A DNA stretch of 64,000 nt from an uncultured virus (IMG/VR IMGVR_UViG_3300006754_000007). Lineage: Duplodnaviria; Heunggongvirae; Uroviricota; Caudoviricetes. The position numbers and the translations under genes were made by a program. Where the stretch lies: IMG/VR virus record IMGVR_UViG_3300006754_000007. One strand, given 5' to 3'. Below the pieces are notes generated by a model. It had not been told where the DNA came from. It saw only the letters and a program-made list of their open reading frames with translations, and searched no databases. Below, piece by piece: positions 1 through 9,135 of the stretch. Within the stretch, counting starts at the first letter, position 1, and each line of letters starts with the position of its first letter.

Positions 1-2
1 AG

Positions 3-713
3 GGCAAGAAGGACGAGGGCAAGAAGGATAAGCCGAAAGGCAAGGTCAAAAAGGAAGACATCACCCTTGAATCCGATGCGAAAGACCTCGCCGGATCGCT
101 GCTGGGGGAGGACTACGACGTTGTTGGCTTTCTGGGGGAGGACTACGACGAGGAAGATGGATGGATGGGGAAAGAGATACAGAAGTTCCTCAAAGAAAAC
201 GACGCTGAAGGGACGCAGAGGCTCCTTGAAGAAGTCAGCAGAGAAACGAACGAATCCCACCACCCCCTCAAAAACGCCTGGGAAGAGGTGTTTGATGGAC
301 TTTTGAAGGCGGGGGACTTCTGGTTTGAACCCGAGGGCGACGAGGAAGACAAGCAGTTTGGCAAGCGTGACCCTGCAAGCAGAAGAGCAGCCATCGTCAA
401 ACCCGCTGACCGTAAAGCCCTCATTCGTCTTGCCTCATCCCTCCCTGTGGGATCACCCGAACGCAAGGCCATCCTCGCTGGACTGTCGAAGACAGCGGCT
501 TCTTTGAAGTCCGTGGAAGCCGAACTCGCCATACAGTTACGTTTGCATACGGGCTTGGGTCCAAAGGATCAGATGGGCCTGAAGGGTCGCACCGTGTGGC
601 TTGCCGATGGAAAGGGTGAGATCCTGATCTACGAGACCAATGATCGTGGGGTTGTGCTCAACTACAAGGGCAAGGAATACAAGTCGGTCAAAGACCTCAT
701 GAGGTCTTTGTAA
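3..713 (+). CDS. 5'-truncated protein carrying a LIRLA-type tag (DRKALIRLASSLPVGSPERKAILAGLSKTAA)
   Basis: Frame is open from base 3 to the stop at 713 and extends ORF 165..713; tag at about 408-500. Confidence 0.75.
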   Translation, partial: GKKDEGKKDKPKGKVKKEDITLESDAKDLAGSLLGEDYDVVGFLGEDYDEEDGWMGKEIQKFLKENDAEGTQRLLEEVSRETNESHHPLKNAWEEVFDGLLKAGDFWFEPEGDEEDKQFGKRDPASRRAAIVKPADRKALIRLASSLPVGSPERKAILAGLSKTAASLKSVEAELAIQLRLHTGLGPKDQMGLKGRTVWLADGKGEILIYETNDRGVVLNYKGKEYKSVKDLMRSL

Positions 714-1062
714 CCCTCGGGTCTTTCGGCCCCAGCCCACGGCACCACTTAGAGTCTGTTGTCGCCCACTTTGTACGGGCCGTGCCACGCTTGCTGTGCT
801 TGAGGGCATACTCGGCCTTCATGGCATTGGAGCGTCCCGTGTACGGGCCGTAGACAGCCCGTAAGACCCACGGACGGTGCTTGGAGGTGTACTTCCCTCC
901 CCCTTTGATCTCTCCGTTGTGCTGACGCAACCTGCGTGCCAAGTCAGTCGTGCATCCAACATAGTGGAAACCGGCAAGGGGGTTCCCGCGCTTTCCTACC
1001 CTGCGTTCAAGGGACTGGATGACGTAGACCCAGTAGGTCGAATCAGAACTCTTGGTTGGCAT
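697..1062 (-). CDS. GIY-YIG nuclease, SLX1-like
   Basis: YWVYVI...HYVGCTTDLARRLRQHNGEIKGGGKYT..RPW...AMKAEY; start MPTKSS overlaps the sigma gene end. Confidence 0.85.
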   Translation of the reverse strand: MPTKSSDSTYWVYVIQSLERRVGKRGNPLAGFHYVGCTTDLARRLRQHNGEIKGGGKYTSKHRPWVLRAVYGPYTGRSNAMKAEYALKHSKRGTARTKWATTDSKWCRGLGPKDPRVTKTS

Positions 1063-1975
1063 CCCATTCTCGCGCAGCCTTGCGAACAATCCGAAGGGTC
1101 TTGCCAACAGTGGAAGGGGCCTCTCCGATACGAGCCGCAATCTCGGACTTCTGAAACCCTTGCATCGCCAACTCGGCACACTGCATGGTCATGTCCGGGT
1201 CGTACCCGGACTGGGTGGCCCGTTGAGAGACAGCCGACAGGATGGACTCACGGGCAATCTGCCCTGCTGTGTACTCATCGGTCTGGTCTGTGGCGATAGC
1301 GAGGTCTGCTTCAGAGACGTCCAGGAGTTCCCCGTTCACCCCAGTCACGCCAAACAACTCGTAGTGGTTACGGCGCGATTGCTTCCGGTGGTAGTTCGAG
1401 ATGATGCACCCAGCAACCATGTGAACATAGTGCCCGAAGCTGCTCTTCGAGACATCGAAGGGACACTTGCCGTTGTTCCTGATGAGGAGACCTTTGTAGA
1501 TTTCCTGAAGCATCTCTTCAGGCTCGTAGCCCAGTCGAAGCACCCTCCGAAGAAAGCCTGCATAGAAGAGCTTGCGGACCTCATGGCCTCTGGCATCAAG
1601 GTCAATCCCCAGCTTTGCGATGGAGATGGGCGGGGCGGCAACCTTCGGGGCGGGGCGGTCCACCGAAAGCGGGACCTCATCCACGAGCCGGAACATGTCC
1701 AGCGCATCCACCGACAGGTAAGACCTGGATGTGGAAAACCGACCACGCTTGAAGTAGCGGTCAAAAGTCAGGTGTGGGTCGTGTGCTTCCGGGGTCGGAG
1801 CGGGTGTGCCGTTGACCAAGGCAATAATGGTTTGCCTCGCAGAAGGATATGTCACCGATCCAGAAGGCCAAAAGACTTGAAAGCCCTTCTGGGTTCCAAG
1901 GACTCTGTGGTTACCGTGCTCTCTCCTGGCAAAATAAGTTTCTGGGGTCATCGGCGGCGTGTTCCTCGGCTGCAT
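1043..1975 (-). CDS. Sigma-70/ECF-like RNA polymerase sigma factor with N-terminal extension
   Basis: Region-2-like EEMLQEIY...FDVSKSSFGHYVHMVAGCIISNYHRK; region-4 HTH GFQKSEIAARIGEAPSTVGKTL. Confidence 0.75.
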   Translation of the reverse strand: MQPRNTPPMTPETYFARREHGNHRVLGTQKGFQVFWPSGSVTYPSARQTIIALVNGTPAPTPEAHDPHLTFDRYFKRGRFSTSRSYLSVDALDMFRLVDEVPLSVDRPAPKVAAPPISIAKLGIDLDARGHEVRKLFYAGFLRRVLRLGYEPEEMLQEIYKGLLIRNNGKCPFDVSKSSFGHYVHMVAGCIISNYHRKQSRRNHYELFGVTGVNGELLDVSEADLAIATDQTDEYTAGQIARESILSAVSQRATQSGYDPDMTMQCAELAMQGFQKSEIAARIGEAPSTVGKTLRIVRKAAREWDANQEF

Positions 1976-2150
1976 CGGCGGCGGTTTAGATCAAAAAAGG
2001 CACGGTACTTTTCGTATAAGGTCCCCCCCTCAGGGGGAGTCTCATCTTATAGCTCCCGCAAGTTCATCTACAACGCTCAGCAAAGAAAAGCACCCCCTTC
2101 TTTTTGATTCCTGCGGCAGGTCTATGATTCCTGCCGTTTGCAGCCGATTC

Positions 2151-2164
2151 GGTGGAATGTCTAT
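2151..2164 (+). promoter_or_regulatory. Class II motif GGTR-N6-CTAT
   Basis: GGTGGAATGTCTAT just upstream of tagged gene 2174. Confidence 0.5.
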
Positions 2165-2173
2165 TCGGGGCGA

Positions 2174-3049
2174 ATGTCGATGACGCTAAAGACCGCCAGC
2201 GCAAAACGGGTCGCTGCTCGTTACCAGATCGCGGAAATGGAACGGGAAGCTGCCCTCAAGGAATGGCTGAAGTGGATGGCTGTCCCTTTCGACACCTTGC
2301 TGAAGCATCACCGTGAGTTCATCCTTGGCCCTGTTGAAGACGCCATAGATGACATCATCCACAAACTTGCCCCTGAACTGATCCGTATTGTGGGCGAGCG
2401 AGAGGTGGATGAGGACGTGGATGAGTTCCTTCAGGGCGCTCAACGAGGGAAGCACGAGGCTGATGGGGGTTCCTACGCGGATGTCCCCAGGAATGAGACT
2501 GAGGATTTCCAGGAAGGCTACGAGTGGGGCTTTGCCAACCACGAGGACTTCAACGGTCGGGCGCTGCCCTCCTCTGTGAAACGGCAGGTAGTCGATGCTG
2601 CTGTGAAGGACTTCAGGCAACGGGTCACCTCAGAGGTGGTCGAAGAGATCCTTTCCAAGGCATGGCACGCGGTCAGCCCGAGCCACACCATCAAGGCCAT
2701 CATCCGTGCCGTGAAGAAGCACGGGTGGAAGCTGGGCGTAGGGTTTGCCCTCTTCGAGGTGTTTGAACACGCAGTTCTCCCAGCGGCCTTGATTGCGATG
2801 ACTGGTGACCCGAAGTGGGCGGTTCTCGGCACCCTCCCCGTCGGGGAAGTCATCTACGCCATCATCTTCCGCATCTTGGGGCGTGCCCCCAAGCAGCTAC
2901 AAGACGGTGACCCTGACGGTCATCTTGATTGGTACGAAGCAAAGTTCGGTCCTGTGCGGCTTGCCTCCGCGAGTAGGGTTATGACCGCCTACCAAATAAG
3001 AGCTACTTGCCATGATCGTCTTACGACAACTCGCCTCTCACCTGCTTGA
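2174..3049 (+). CDS. Tagged protein with hydrophobic segments
   Basis: N-terminal KTASAKRVAARY, C-terminal RLASASRVMTAY; hydrophobic LGVGFALF..AVLPAALIA..VIYAIIF. Confidence 0.75.
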   Translation: MSMTLKTASAKRVAARYQIAEMEREAALKEWLKWMAVPFDTLLKHHREFILGPVEDAIDDIIHKLAPELIRIVGEREVDEDVDEFLQGAQRGKHEADGGSYADVPRNETEDFQEGYEWGFANHEDFNGRALPSSVKRQVVDAAVKDFRQRVTSEVVEEILSKAWHAVSPSHTIKAIIRAVKKHGWKLGVGFALFEVFEHAVLPAALIAMTGDPKWAVLGTLPVGEVIYAIIFRILGRAPKQLQDGDPDGHLDWYEAKFGPVRLASASRVMTAYQIRATCHDRLTTTRLSPA

Positions 3050-3212
3050 TCCCAACAACTTCAGTGCTTGGCTCTTCGCTACCACAGCGACAGCGACAGC
3101 CACGGTCGTTCTTGCAGTGCTGAGCCAGTAGCCCCATGACTTCGTCCCGCGACCCTTCCCTGGTTTCTGATGTGCAGGAACTATTCCCTTCGGTGTCGTG
3201 GGACGATTTCCT

Positions 3213-3288
3213 TGGGGTGTAGGGTCAACTGGCAACCCACCGGGTTGTTACCCCGGAGATACTGGTTCGAGTCCAGTCGCCCCAGCCA
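3213..3288 (+). tRNA. tRNA-Asn(GTT)
   Basis: Full cloverleaf: acceptor TGGGGTG/CGCCCCA, D stem GGGT/ACCC, anticodon stem CCGGG/CCCGG with loop TT-GTT-AC, T arm ACTGG-TTCGAGT-CCAGT, G73, encoded CCA; 76 nt. Confidence 0.95.
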
Positions 3289-3298
3289 CATTTCCCCG

Positions 3299-3356
3299 GC
3301 TCCCGCTTACTACCATTCCTCTTCTGGACCCTGCCCGGTAGTAGGCGGGAGCTTTT
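3299..3356 (+). terminator. Stem-loop after the tRNA
   Basis: GCTCCCGCTTACTACC...GGTAGTAGGCGGGAGC followed by TTTT. Confidence 0.55.
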
Positions 3357-3562
3357 CACCACTTAGTGATGGGGCAGTGGCTATCCTTGGCGAGGTCCTC
3401 GACCAGACAGTCGCACTTCTCACACCACAGTTGTGAACGGCTCCCACGCTTCTTGACCTTTGAGAGGTGCGGGCATTTCCCACAGATCGTCAGACGTGCT
3501 TCCGCAAGGCCGTCTGGGAGTGCTGGTCTTCCCCATGCTCTACTTCGGCAGCAACTCATCAA
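3356..3562 (-). CDS. Small Cys-rich (Zn-binding) protein
   Basis: RLTICGKCPH...CEKCDC...HCPITKW. Confidence 0.6.
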   Translation of the reverse strand: MMSCCRSRAWGRPALPDGLAEARLTICGKCPHLSKVKKRGSRSQLWCEKCDCLVEDLAKDSHCPITKW

Positions 3563-3728
3563 GATTCCTTAGGTCGGGCTTGTCTGTCTTGAAGATGCCG
3601 CGCTGAGTCCTCTTCTTGTGGTTCTGTCGGAAGTGGAACGTGGCATCCTCAGGTACAGCTATACCTTTGGCTGCCAGGGCTGATCTCAAAAGGGCTTCCA
3701 TTTCTCGCTGTTCGAGGACCAGTTCCAT
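3540..3728 (-). CDS. Hypothetical protein
   Basis: MELVLEQREMEALLR; abuts neighbouring genes. Confidence 0.5.
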   Translation of the reverse strand: MELVLEQREMEALLRSALAAKGIAVPEDATFHFRQNHKKRTQRGIFKTDKPDLRNLDELLPK

Positions 3729-3729
3729 C

Positions 3730-3927
3730 CTATCGCCAGCGGGGATCGCAAAGGATCGCAAACACCAGGACGCCAACGATGACCCCACCCATGACGAGCA
3801 GGCTGCGTAGGATTGCGTCAATCATGGGGCGTGCTTCCAGCCCCTCAACCGAGAAGCCGTTTAGAGCGAACCGGACAAGGAAGAAGGCAGACGTAAACCA
3901 AACGATGAATCCAAGCATCTTTTTCAA
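3730..3927 (-). CDS. Small two-TM membrane protein
   Basis: Two hydrophobic helices; AGGAG RBS and class I motif upstream. Confidence 0.6.
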   Translation of the reverse strand: MKKMLGFIVWFTSAFFLVRFALNGFSVEGLEARPMIDAILRSLLVMGGVIVGVLVFAILCDPRWR

Positions 3928-3941
3928 CTCCTTGCCTCCTT

Positions 3942-3967
3942 TACGGTTCTGCATGAGACAGGGAACC
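3942..3967 (-). promoter_or_regulatory. Class I motif GGTTCC-N16-CGTA
   Basis: Exact match upstream of 3927. Confidence 0.7.
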
Positions 3968-4279
3968 CTACAGCAACTTGTGGGCTATGCGGCGGCTGAC
4001 GAAGAATCTCGTGAACCACCCCACAAGGGGGACATGGTCCAAGAAGTTGAGCCAGGGGTTTTCCAGGATGTGGAAGCAGGTCACGGTGAACAGGGTGATT
4101 TCCCACGGCGAGTAAGGAGACACCAACACCTTCGTGATCTGTGTATCTGGATCTTCTTCTTCCAGGCCAACGCACACGAACTCGCGGGGGTCGAGGGAGC
4201 CGTCAAGCTCGTACTCCACCCCGGTCAGCTTTCGCGCATTGATAAGCAAGGATGTGACTTGGTAGGGCATCAGGTCCAT
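3968..4279 (-). CDS. Hypothetical protein
   Basis: RBS; class I variant GGTTCT-N16-CGTA at 4289-4314. Confidence 0.6.
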   Translation of the reverse strand: MDLMPYQVTSLLINARKLTGVEYELDGSLDPREFVCVGLEEEDPDTQITKVLVSPYSPWEITLFTVTCFHILENPWLNFLDHVPLVGWFTRFFVSRRIAHKLL

Positions 4280-4399
4280 ACTCCCTTATACGCAAAGCCG
4301 GGGTATCGAGAACCCCCCTGGTTTTCTCGGTGGGTAGCCTTTAGCCGCTGGGTATTGTTTACAAATCCCGTGTGGATGAGCCTGAAAGGGAGATTTTCG

Positions 4400-4849
4400 A
4401 TGCGTTTGGTATGGCCTCTTTTTATGGTCCTTTTGATGGGTTGCCCCAAGGCGACGACGCTTAGGAGCGTCGAGGTCTACAAGGCTGAACTCCAACAGTA
4501 CAACCAATGGGCAACTGTTCAGGCAGGGCTGCTCCGGGACTTCGTCTCCAACCAGTGCGAGTGCAACGACATTGCGGAGTTCACAGACCCGCAGTGTACG
4601 AAGTCTGCTGATTGGCTGCTGACTGTGGAGTACCGTGCTGAGTGGCACCAGCAGATGTCCCTCTACAACGGGAGCTTGCTTGATGAGCGCCCAAGTGGAA
4701 CACCTCCTGCCATCCCTGATTCAAGCTGTCCGCTGCCTCCCCCTCCTGATGAAGCACCAGAACCGGACGAAACACCGCCCGAAGAGATTGCACCAGAGGT
4801 GGCTCCCGCCGAAATCGAAGCTGCTCCTGAAGCAGAGGTCACACCATGA
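4400..4849 (+). CDS. Predicted lipoprotein with Pro/Glu-rich tail
   Basis: MRLVWPLFMVLLMG-C lipobox-like signal. Confidence 0.65.
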   Translation: MRLVWPLFMVLLMGCPKATTLRSVEVYKAELQQYNQWATVQAGLLRDFVSNQCECNDIAEFTDPQCTKSADWLLTVEYRAEWHQQMSLYNGSLLDERPSGTPPAIPDSSCPLPPPPDEAPEPDETPPEEIAPEVAPAEIEAAPEAEVTP

Positions 4850-5229
4850 ACTGGCAAGACGCACTTTCCTCTCTCGTTCCCATTGCAGGCCAGATGGCTA
4901 TCGACAAGCTGGCAGGTGAACTTGACGGCCTGTCCGACAAGGCTGGGGACGCCACCAACAAGATTGTTCTCTCGCTCATCGCTGATGCAGTGGAGGAACA
5001 CGGGCCTGCCGGGATGGCATTGGCCCAGGACGCTATCGAAGACCTCTTGGAAGGGAAGGCCCCGGATATTGACTGGGCTAATCCCCGCACGGCCTCCGAT
5101 GCGGTGGCTCTTCTCCAGAATGCTGAAGCAGATCGAAAGAACGCTGCACGCGAGATGGCCGAGCGTGCCGGACACGTCCTGGCCCAACTCGGATCAGTGG
5201 TGGTCAAGGCGTTGATCGCCGCTGCCTGA
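4846..5229 (+). CDS. Helical hypothetical protein
   Basis: ATGA overlap with the upstream gene. Confidence 0.7.
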   Translation: MNWQDALSSLVPIAGQMAIDKLAGELDGLSDKAGDATNKIVLSLIADAVEEHGPAGMALAQDAIEDLLEGKAPDIDWANPRTASDAVALLQNAEADRKNAAREMAERAGHVLAQLGSVVVKALIAAA

Positions 5230-5239
5230 TTCGGGAGAG

Positions 5240-5265
5240 GGTTCCCGACACCTACCTGCATCGTA
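5240..5265 (+). promoter_or_regulatory. Class I motif GGTTCC-N16-CGTA
   Basis: Exact match upstream of 5288. Confidence 0.7.
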
Positions 5266-5287
5266 TAGTGAGGCAGGAGGTGTTGAC

Positions 5288-5494
5288 ATGAAAACGCTGA
5301 AGCTGAAGAAGAGCCTCAAGGTAGACCTCGCACTCACCACAGGCGTGGCGCTGCTGGCTGCGATGTTGTGGTACGTCTACTGGGTACAACCTCGTGATGA
5401 GTTCCTGCACGCGGTCATGGACTGCATGGAGGACGACACGGACGAGGCTGCGTACCAAGAGTGTGCGCGGCTCGTCGCAAACTCAACCCGGTGA
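5288..5494 (+). CDS. Small single-TM protein
   Basis: AGGAGG RBS; hydrophobic helix. Confidence 0.65.
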   Translation: MKTLKLKKSLKVDLALTTGVALLAAMLWYVYWVQPRDEFLHAVMDCMEDDTDEAAYQECARLVANSTR

Positions 5495-6127
5495 GTAGAC
5501 ACCCGTCTGACGGGCCACTCCCAGAAGCTCCTGCTCGAACATCTTGAACTTCGGCCCATGGTTCATGTGCCGGATGTGAGCAAGCTCGTGGATCATGGTC
5601 CGCATGATCGCGCTGTACTTGCGGAGCTTCATGGGGTTTCGCTTTTGCCGGACATTGAGGGCGATGATGCGGCCTGCTCCACGGTTGAAGCCCAGTGACC
5701 CCTCAGCTACAGACTCCTTGATGGTCTGGAAACGGAGGCCAAACTCCCGAAGCAATGGTTTTACGTCGCGTTGGATCTTCGCCATCATGGCTGCGACCTG
5801 TTCCTTGCCTTCCAGGTCGTACACGGAGTAGCCGTCCACCTTCGTGCGAGTCCATTCCTTCTTCTGCTGGACTCGTTCCTTCTTCTGACCCAGCTTGCGG
5901 TTGGCCCAACGGACCCATTTCGTAAGCTGCGTAGCCTTGTTGAACATCCGGCTGTCCTGCCCCCACTTCACCAGGAGGCGGTTCCCCCGAATCGAGGCAT
6001 TTGAACGGCGGTTGTCTGTCTCCACCTGAGTGACCTTGAGGCCATCAATGATGGAGTCCTCATAGGGACCGATGGCCTTGGCCTTCAGGCTGTGGCGTAG
6101 GGCAACTCTGGCGGGGTCATGCTTCAC
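5483..6127 (-). CDS. Tagged WLM/Wss1-like zinc metallopeptidase
   Basis: N-terminal DPARVALRHSLKAKA; LGFN..IALNVR..TMIHELAHIRHMNHGPKF. Confidence 0.75.
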   Translation of the reverse strand: MKHDPARVALRHSLKAKAIGPYEDSIIDGLKVTQVETDNRRSNASIRGNRLLVKWGQDSRMFNKATQLTKWVRWANRKLGQKKERVQQKKEWTRTKVDGYSVYDLEGKEQVAAMMAKIQRDVKPLLREFGLRFQTIKESVAEGSLGFNRGAGRIIALNVRQKRNPMKLRKYSAIMRTMIHELAHIRHMNHGPKFKMFEQELLGVARQTGVYSPG

Positions 6128-6150
6128 GGCTACCGTTTGGTATCGGCAAG

Positions 6151-6423
6151 CTACCGGCAGGGGATGGTGTGGTCATCCTCACCTTCCGCAGACCGGAGGT
6201 CAGGGATGATGACGACCACGACGTTGGCGTCAATCTGGTCCACCACTGAACCATCAGGGAAGTCCATTCCTTCCTTGAAGAGGTTGCAGTTAGGGGCCAC
6301 CCCCCTCACATGGTATTCCCGCACCGCTTCCATGGCCTTCATGCCTGGAGTGGGAGGGGTGGGGGTGCGGTGAAGAAAGCACCCGGAAAGCAGGAGAATG
6401 AGACAAAGGGCGGCGTAGTGCAT
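6151..6423 (-). CDS. Predicted lipoprotein
   Basis: MHYAALCLILLLSG-C. Confidence 0.6.
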   Translation of the reverse strand: MHYAALCLILLLSGCFLHRTPTPPTPGMKAMEAVREYHVRGVAPNCNLFKEGMDFPDGSVVDQIDANVVVVIIPDLRSAEGEDDHTIPCR

Positions 6424-6824
6424 CAGTCGAACAGGTCTGCGAGCCATCCTTCTCGGTTAGCCTCAATGTCTTCCATGTTCTTCTCCACTCGGGAACGGAT
6501 GCGTTCCAGGTCGAACTCGGTCAAGAACCACACCTGGGGCACGTTGCCCGTCTTGACCTTGACTGAAACATACCAGTCATTGGCCGCAGTCTTCGGAGTG
6601 GCGTTGGTGACTCGCGTGAAAATCCCCAGGTGGGCATCCGCGATGTCTTCCGGGTTCTCGGTAGCGCGATGAGTGAACTTCTCGGCCTCTTCTTCCGTGA
6701 CGAGCCAGTACTCTTCGCCGGGTTCCCCCCTTCCGTGAGCTTGCACTTTCAGGAACAGGTATTCGGCGTCAGCACCAAACTTGCGGTCAGTGTTGGCAAC
6801 TCTCTTTACGCGACCTTGAGCCAT
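6423..6824 (-). CDS. Hypothetical protein with an internal repeat
   Basis: Two similar halves (RVANTDRKF..YL..WLVT / RVTNATPKT..YV..WFLT). Confidence 0.7.
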   Translation of the reverse strand: MAQGRVKRVANTDRKFGADAEYLFLKVQAHGRGEPGEEYWLVTEEEAEKFTHRATENPEDIADAHLGIFTRVTNATPKTAANDWYVSVKVKTGNVPQVWFLTEFDLERIRSRVEKNMEDIEANREGWLADLFD

Positions 6825-6845
6825 AGGGCACCTCCTGGGGGCACC

Positions 6846-8507
6846 CTACCCATTGGAAGGCTTGGTGATGCGAACCTGAAAACCAGCCTCGATCAGGTCA
6901 TCCATGGTCAAGTCCAGGGTCACACCCTTGCCGAAGGGGAGGCCCGTCTGCTTAGGGGCAGCTTCCATCACCTCCACCCGATGGCTGAGAAGAGCGAGGT
7001 TCTCCTTCAACGCTTCAACCTCAGCCTTCAACCTGTCCACTTCAAAGTAGACGCTCTCCAGTTCTTGCGCGGAAACCCGACCATCCTTGTCCACGGCCAC
7101 AGGGCTGAAGCTGACACTGGTAGGAGTACTGGCCGAGAAGTCCTCTTCGAGGTTGCGCTCTTCTTCGAGGAAGTCGTCCAAGGCTTGGTAACCGCTGGTA
7201 ACCGTGGGAGGCTCCTCAACAGCCCTTTCCTTGACGCCGCGAGAGGCACTCCAACCAGCCTGTCCAAGAGTGCGGCCCAAAGCCCAAGCACCTGCATGGA
7301 TGAAGCGGTAGTCGGTGCCCTTGCCAGTCAACTCTTTGTAGGCGTGAGTGAAGGCTCTCGGTGAAGGCTCTGCGTCCTCATCAAGGCAGAAGAAAACCAA
7401 GCATACGAACGCCAAAGGCTTGCCCTTGACTCCAGCGAAGGTGCCGTCCTTGCGACGAAGATCACGAGGAATCCAGGCACCCGACTTCTTGGGCTTCGCG
7501 TCGTGAGCCAGGAACGCCCGTGCAACTCGTTCGATGTCCTTGCCGGAAAGCTCCTCGAAGAGGTCTTCTGCCAAAGCAACATGCTTACGGACTCGATCAA
7601 GCGAGACAACCTTCAGCCATTTCGCATCTGAGGGAGTGGGAGGAAGGGTAACCATAGATTCTCCAGTAAGGTCCATTTCCGCAGGAACCTCTGCCACCTC
7701 AACCTCTTCCGGTTCTTCCGTGACCGGAGGAGGCTCAGCAACAGCGGGGGGATCGTTCTTCTCGGCCAGGACACCTGACAAGTCGTTGTCAGGTGAAACG
7801 GGATTGCTCGCCGGATCAGCGTCCGACAAAGCTCGTTGCAACCGAGTGGGATCTACCTCCACATCCATCAGCCCTTGCATTACTTCAAGGCGCTGGGCGA
7901 CAGAGTCGTGGGGACGAGTTTCAATCACCAACACAGCCCAGGTCTCGATGAGTTCTTGAAGCTCCGTGTCCGTCAACGGGGAGCTTTCTTCGATCTCGTC
8001 CTGTTCCTTTTCAGGAGCCGTCGGTGAGAGTGTGGGAGCAGGCCATCCACCAGCCTTCACCAAAGCACCTGTAAGGGTGCTTCGAGCTACCCCAAGCTCC
8101 TTGGCAATCGCTGTGAGGGTACGCCCCTCTGCAAGATAAATGGTCGCCTTGGCAACCAGCTTTTCAGTCATCTTCTTTATGTTGGATGGCACCGGAGTCT
8201 CCTTTGACTTGGTGGCCTGTGAGGCGGCGGCAACGGGTGCCTTCGGCTCGATGATTTGACGGATCTTCCTCAAGGCACCCGATAGACCGTTTTCCATTAC
8301 CAAGTAGCCACCTCCTCTACGCTTCCATTCCAGGGCGACATTACTGGCTTCATGGCTGCAAGAGGCCGTTCGACACACAACCAACTCGATAGAGGAGGGT
8401 ATCTTGGTCGGGTTCCCGTCCAACAAAACCACCTCGTGACCCTCCCTTTGGAGAGCTTGGGCGTGGTTCTTAGCGTGCGGCTTCTTGCTGATGATGCCGA
8501 TCTTCAT
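6846..8507 (-). CDS. Multidomain protein: DUF2325-like N-terminus, HTH, acidic linker, coiled coil
   Basis: VVCRTASCSH; GRTLTAIAKELGVARSTL. Confidence 0.7.
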   Translation of the reverse strand: MKIGIISKKPHAKNHAQALQREGHEVVLLDGNPTKIPSSIELVVCRTASCSHEASNVALEWKRRGGGYLVMENGLSGALRKIRQIIEPKAPVAAASQATKSKETPVPSNIKKMTEKLVAKATIYLAEGRTLTAIAKELGVARSTLTGALVKAGGWPAPTLSPTAPEKEQDEIEESSPLTDTELQELIETWAVLVIETRPHDSVAQRLEVMQGLMDVEVDPTRLQRALSDADPASNPVSPDNDLSGVLAEKNDPPAVAEPPPVTEEPEEVEVAEVPAEMDLTGESMVTLPPTPSDAKWLKVVSLDRVRKHVALAEDLFEELSGKDIERVARAFLAHDAKPKKSGAWIPRDLRRKDGTFAGVKGKPLAFVCLVFFCLDEDAEPSPRAFTHAYKELTGKGTDYRFIHAGAWALGRTLGQAGWSASRGVKERAVEEPPTVTSGYQALDDFLEEERNLEEDFSASTPTSVSFSPVAVDKDGRVSAQELESVYFEVDRLKAEVEALKENLALLSHRVEVMEAAPKQTGLPFGKGVTLDLTMDDLIEAGFQVRITKPSNG

Positions 8508-8876
8508 AGGCTCGCCGGGTGGAAGTGTATGGCTAAATACCGGGTTGATCACGGCGATAGACCCCCTTCTCGGTAAGGTGGACGCGGAGGTATCCCTTGT
8601 TCGACAATAGAAAGGCCCAGGAGAAAGTCACTCGATGGGCAAAGGCACAGCCGTCACTCCCCTCACGCAAGGAAACGCAAAAGCAGTTTCCTGACCTGCC
8701 ACACAAGATCATTCGCTCTGCGCTCCAATCCCTGCGAGACCGTCATGTTCCAGACCAGAGACACGCTGATTCGGCCTGATTGGCGAGTCGTGGGACTGAT
8801 AGCAGCCATCGTGCTGGTCATCGGGGCCGTCCTGGTTGCGACATTCCACAAGGACTCTCCTCAAATGAATAGGGAG

Positions 8877-8902
8877 GGTTCCGCTCTGCCGGATGCGCCG
8901 TA
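8877..8902 (+). promoter_or_regulatory. Class I motif GGTTCC-N16-CGTA
   Basis: Exact match upstream of 8926. Confidence 0.7.
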
Positions 8903-8925
8903 AAGAGTCCAAGAAGGAGGATAGA

Positions 8926-9135
8926 ATGTCCTGGCGTAAAGGTAGACACACCGGAGCTAAGTTCTGCGTTGCACGTCATCGTCGTATGACCCCGCGAGAA
9001 GCAGATTCACTCGAACGCACCATCGAGCGCCGCACCCGCCGCGAGGGTCAAGAGGCTTGTCGTGAGGGCGCAGAAGACGCTCTTCGGGGGTTGGTTTATC
9101 TTCCCGCCGACAGCGACGGAGCGCATCAGTCGTAG
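8926..9135 (+). CDS. Small basic protein
   Basis: AAGGAGG RBS; Arg-rich; overlaps the tyrS start. Confidence 0.55.
   Translation: MSWRKGRHTGAKFCVARHRRMTPREADSLERTIERRTRREGQEACREGAEDALRGLVYLPADSDGAHQS

Noticed and set aside
102..150. 19-bp direct repeat CTGGGGGAGGACTACGACG as a possible mini-CRISPR
   Set aside because: Only two copies 30 bp apart, in frame within a CDS (LGEDYD twice); no cas genes
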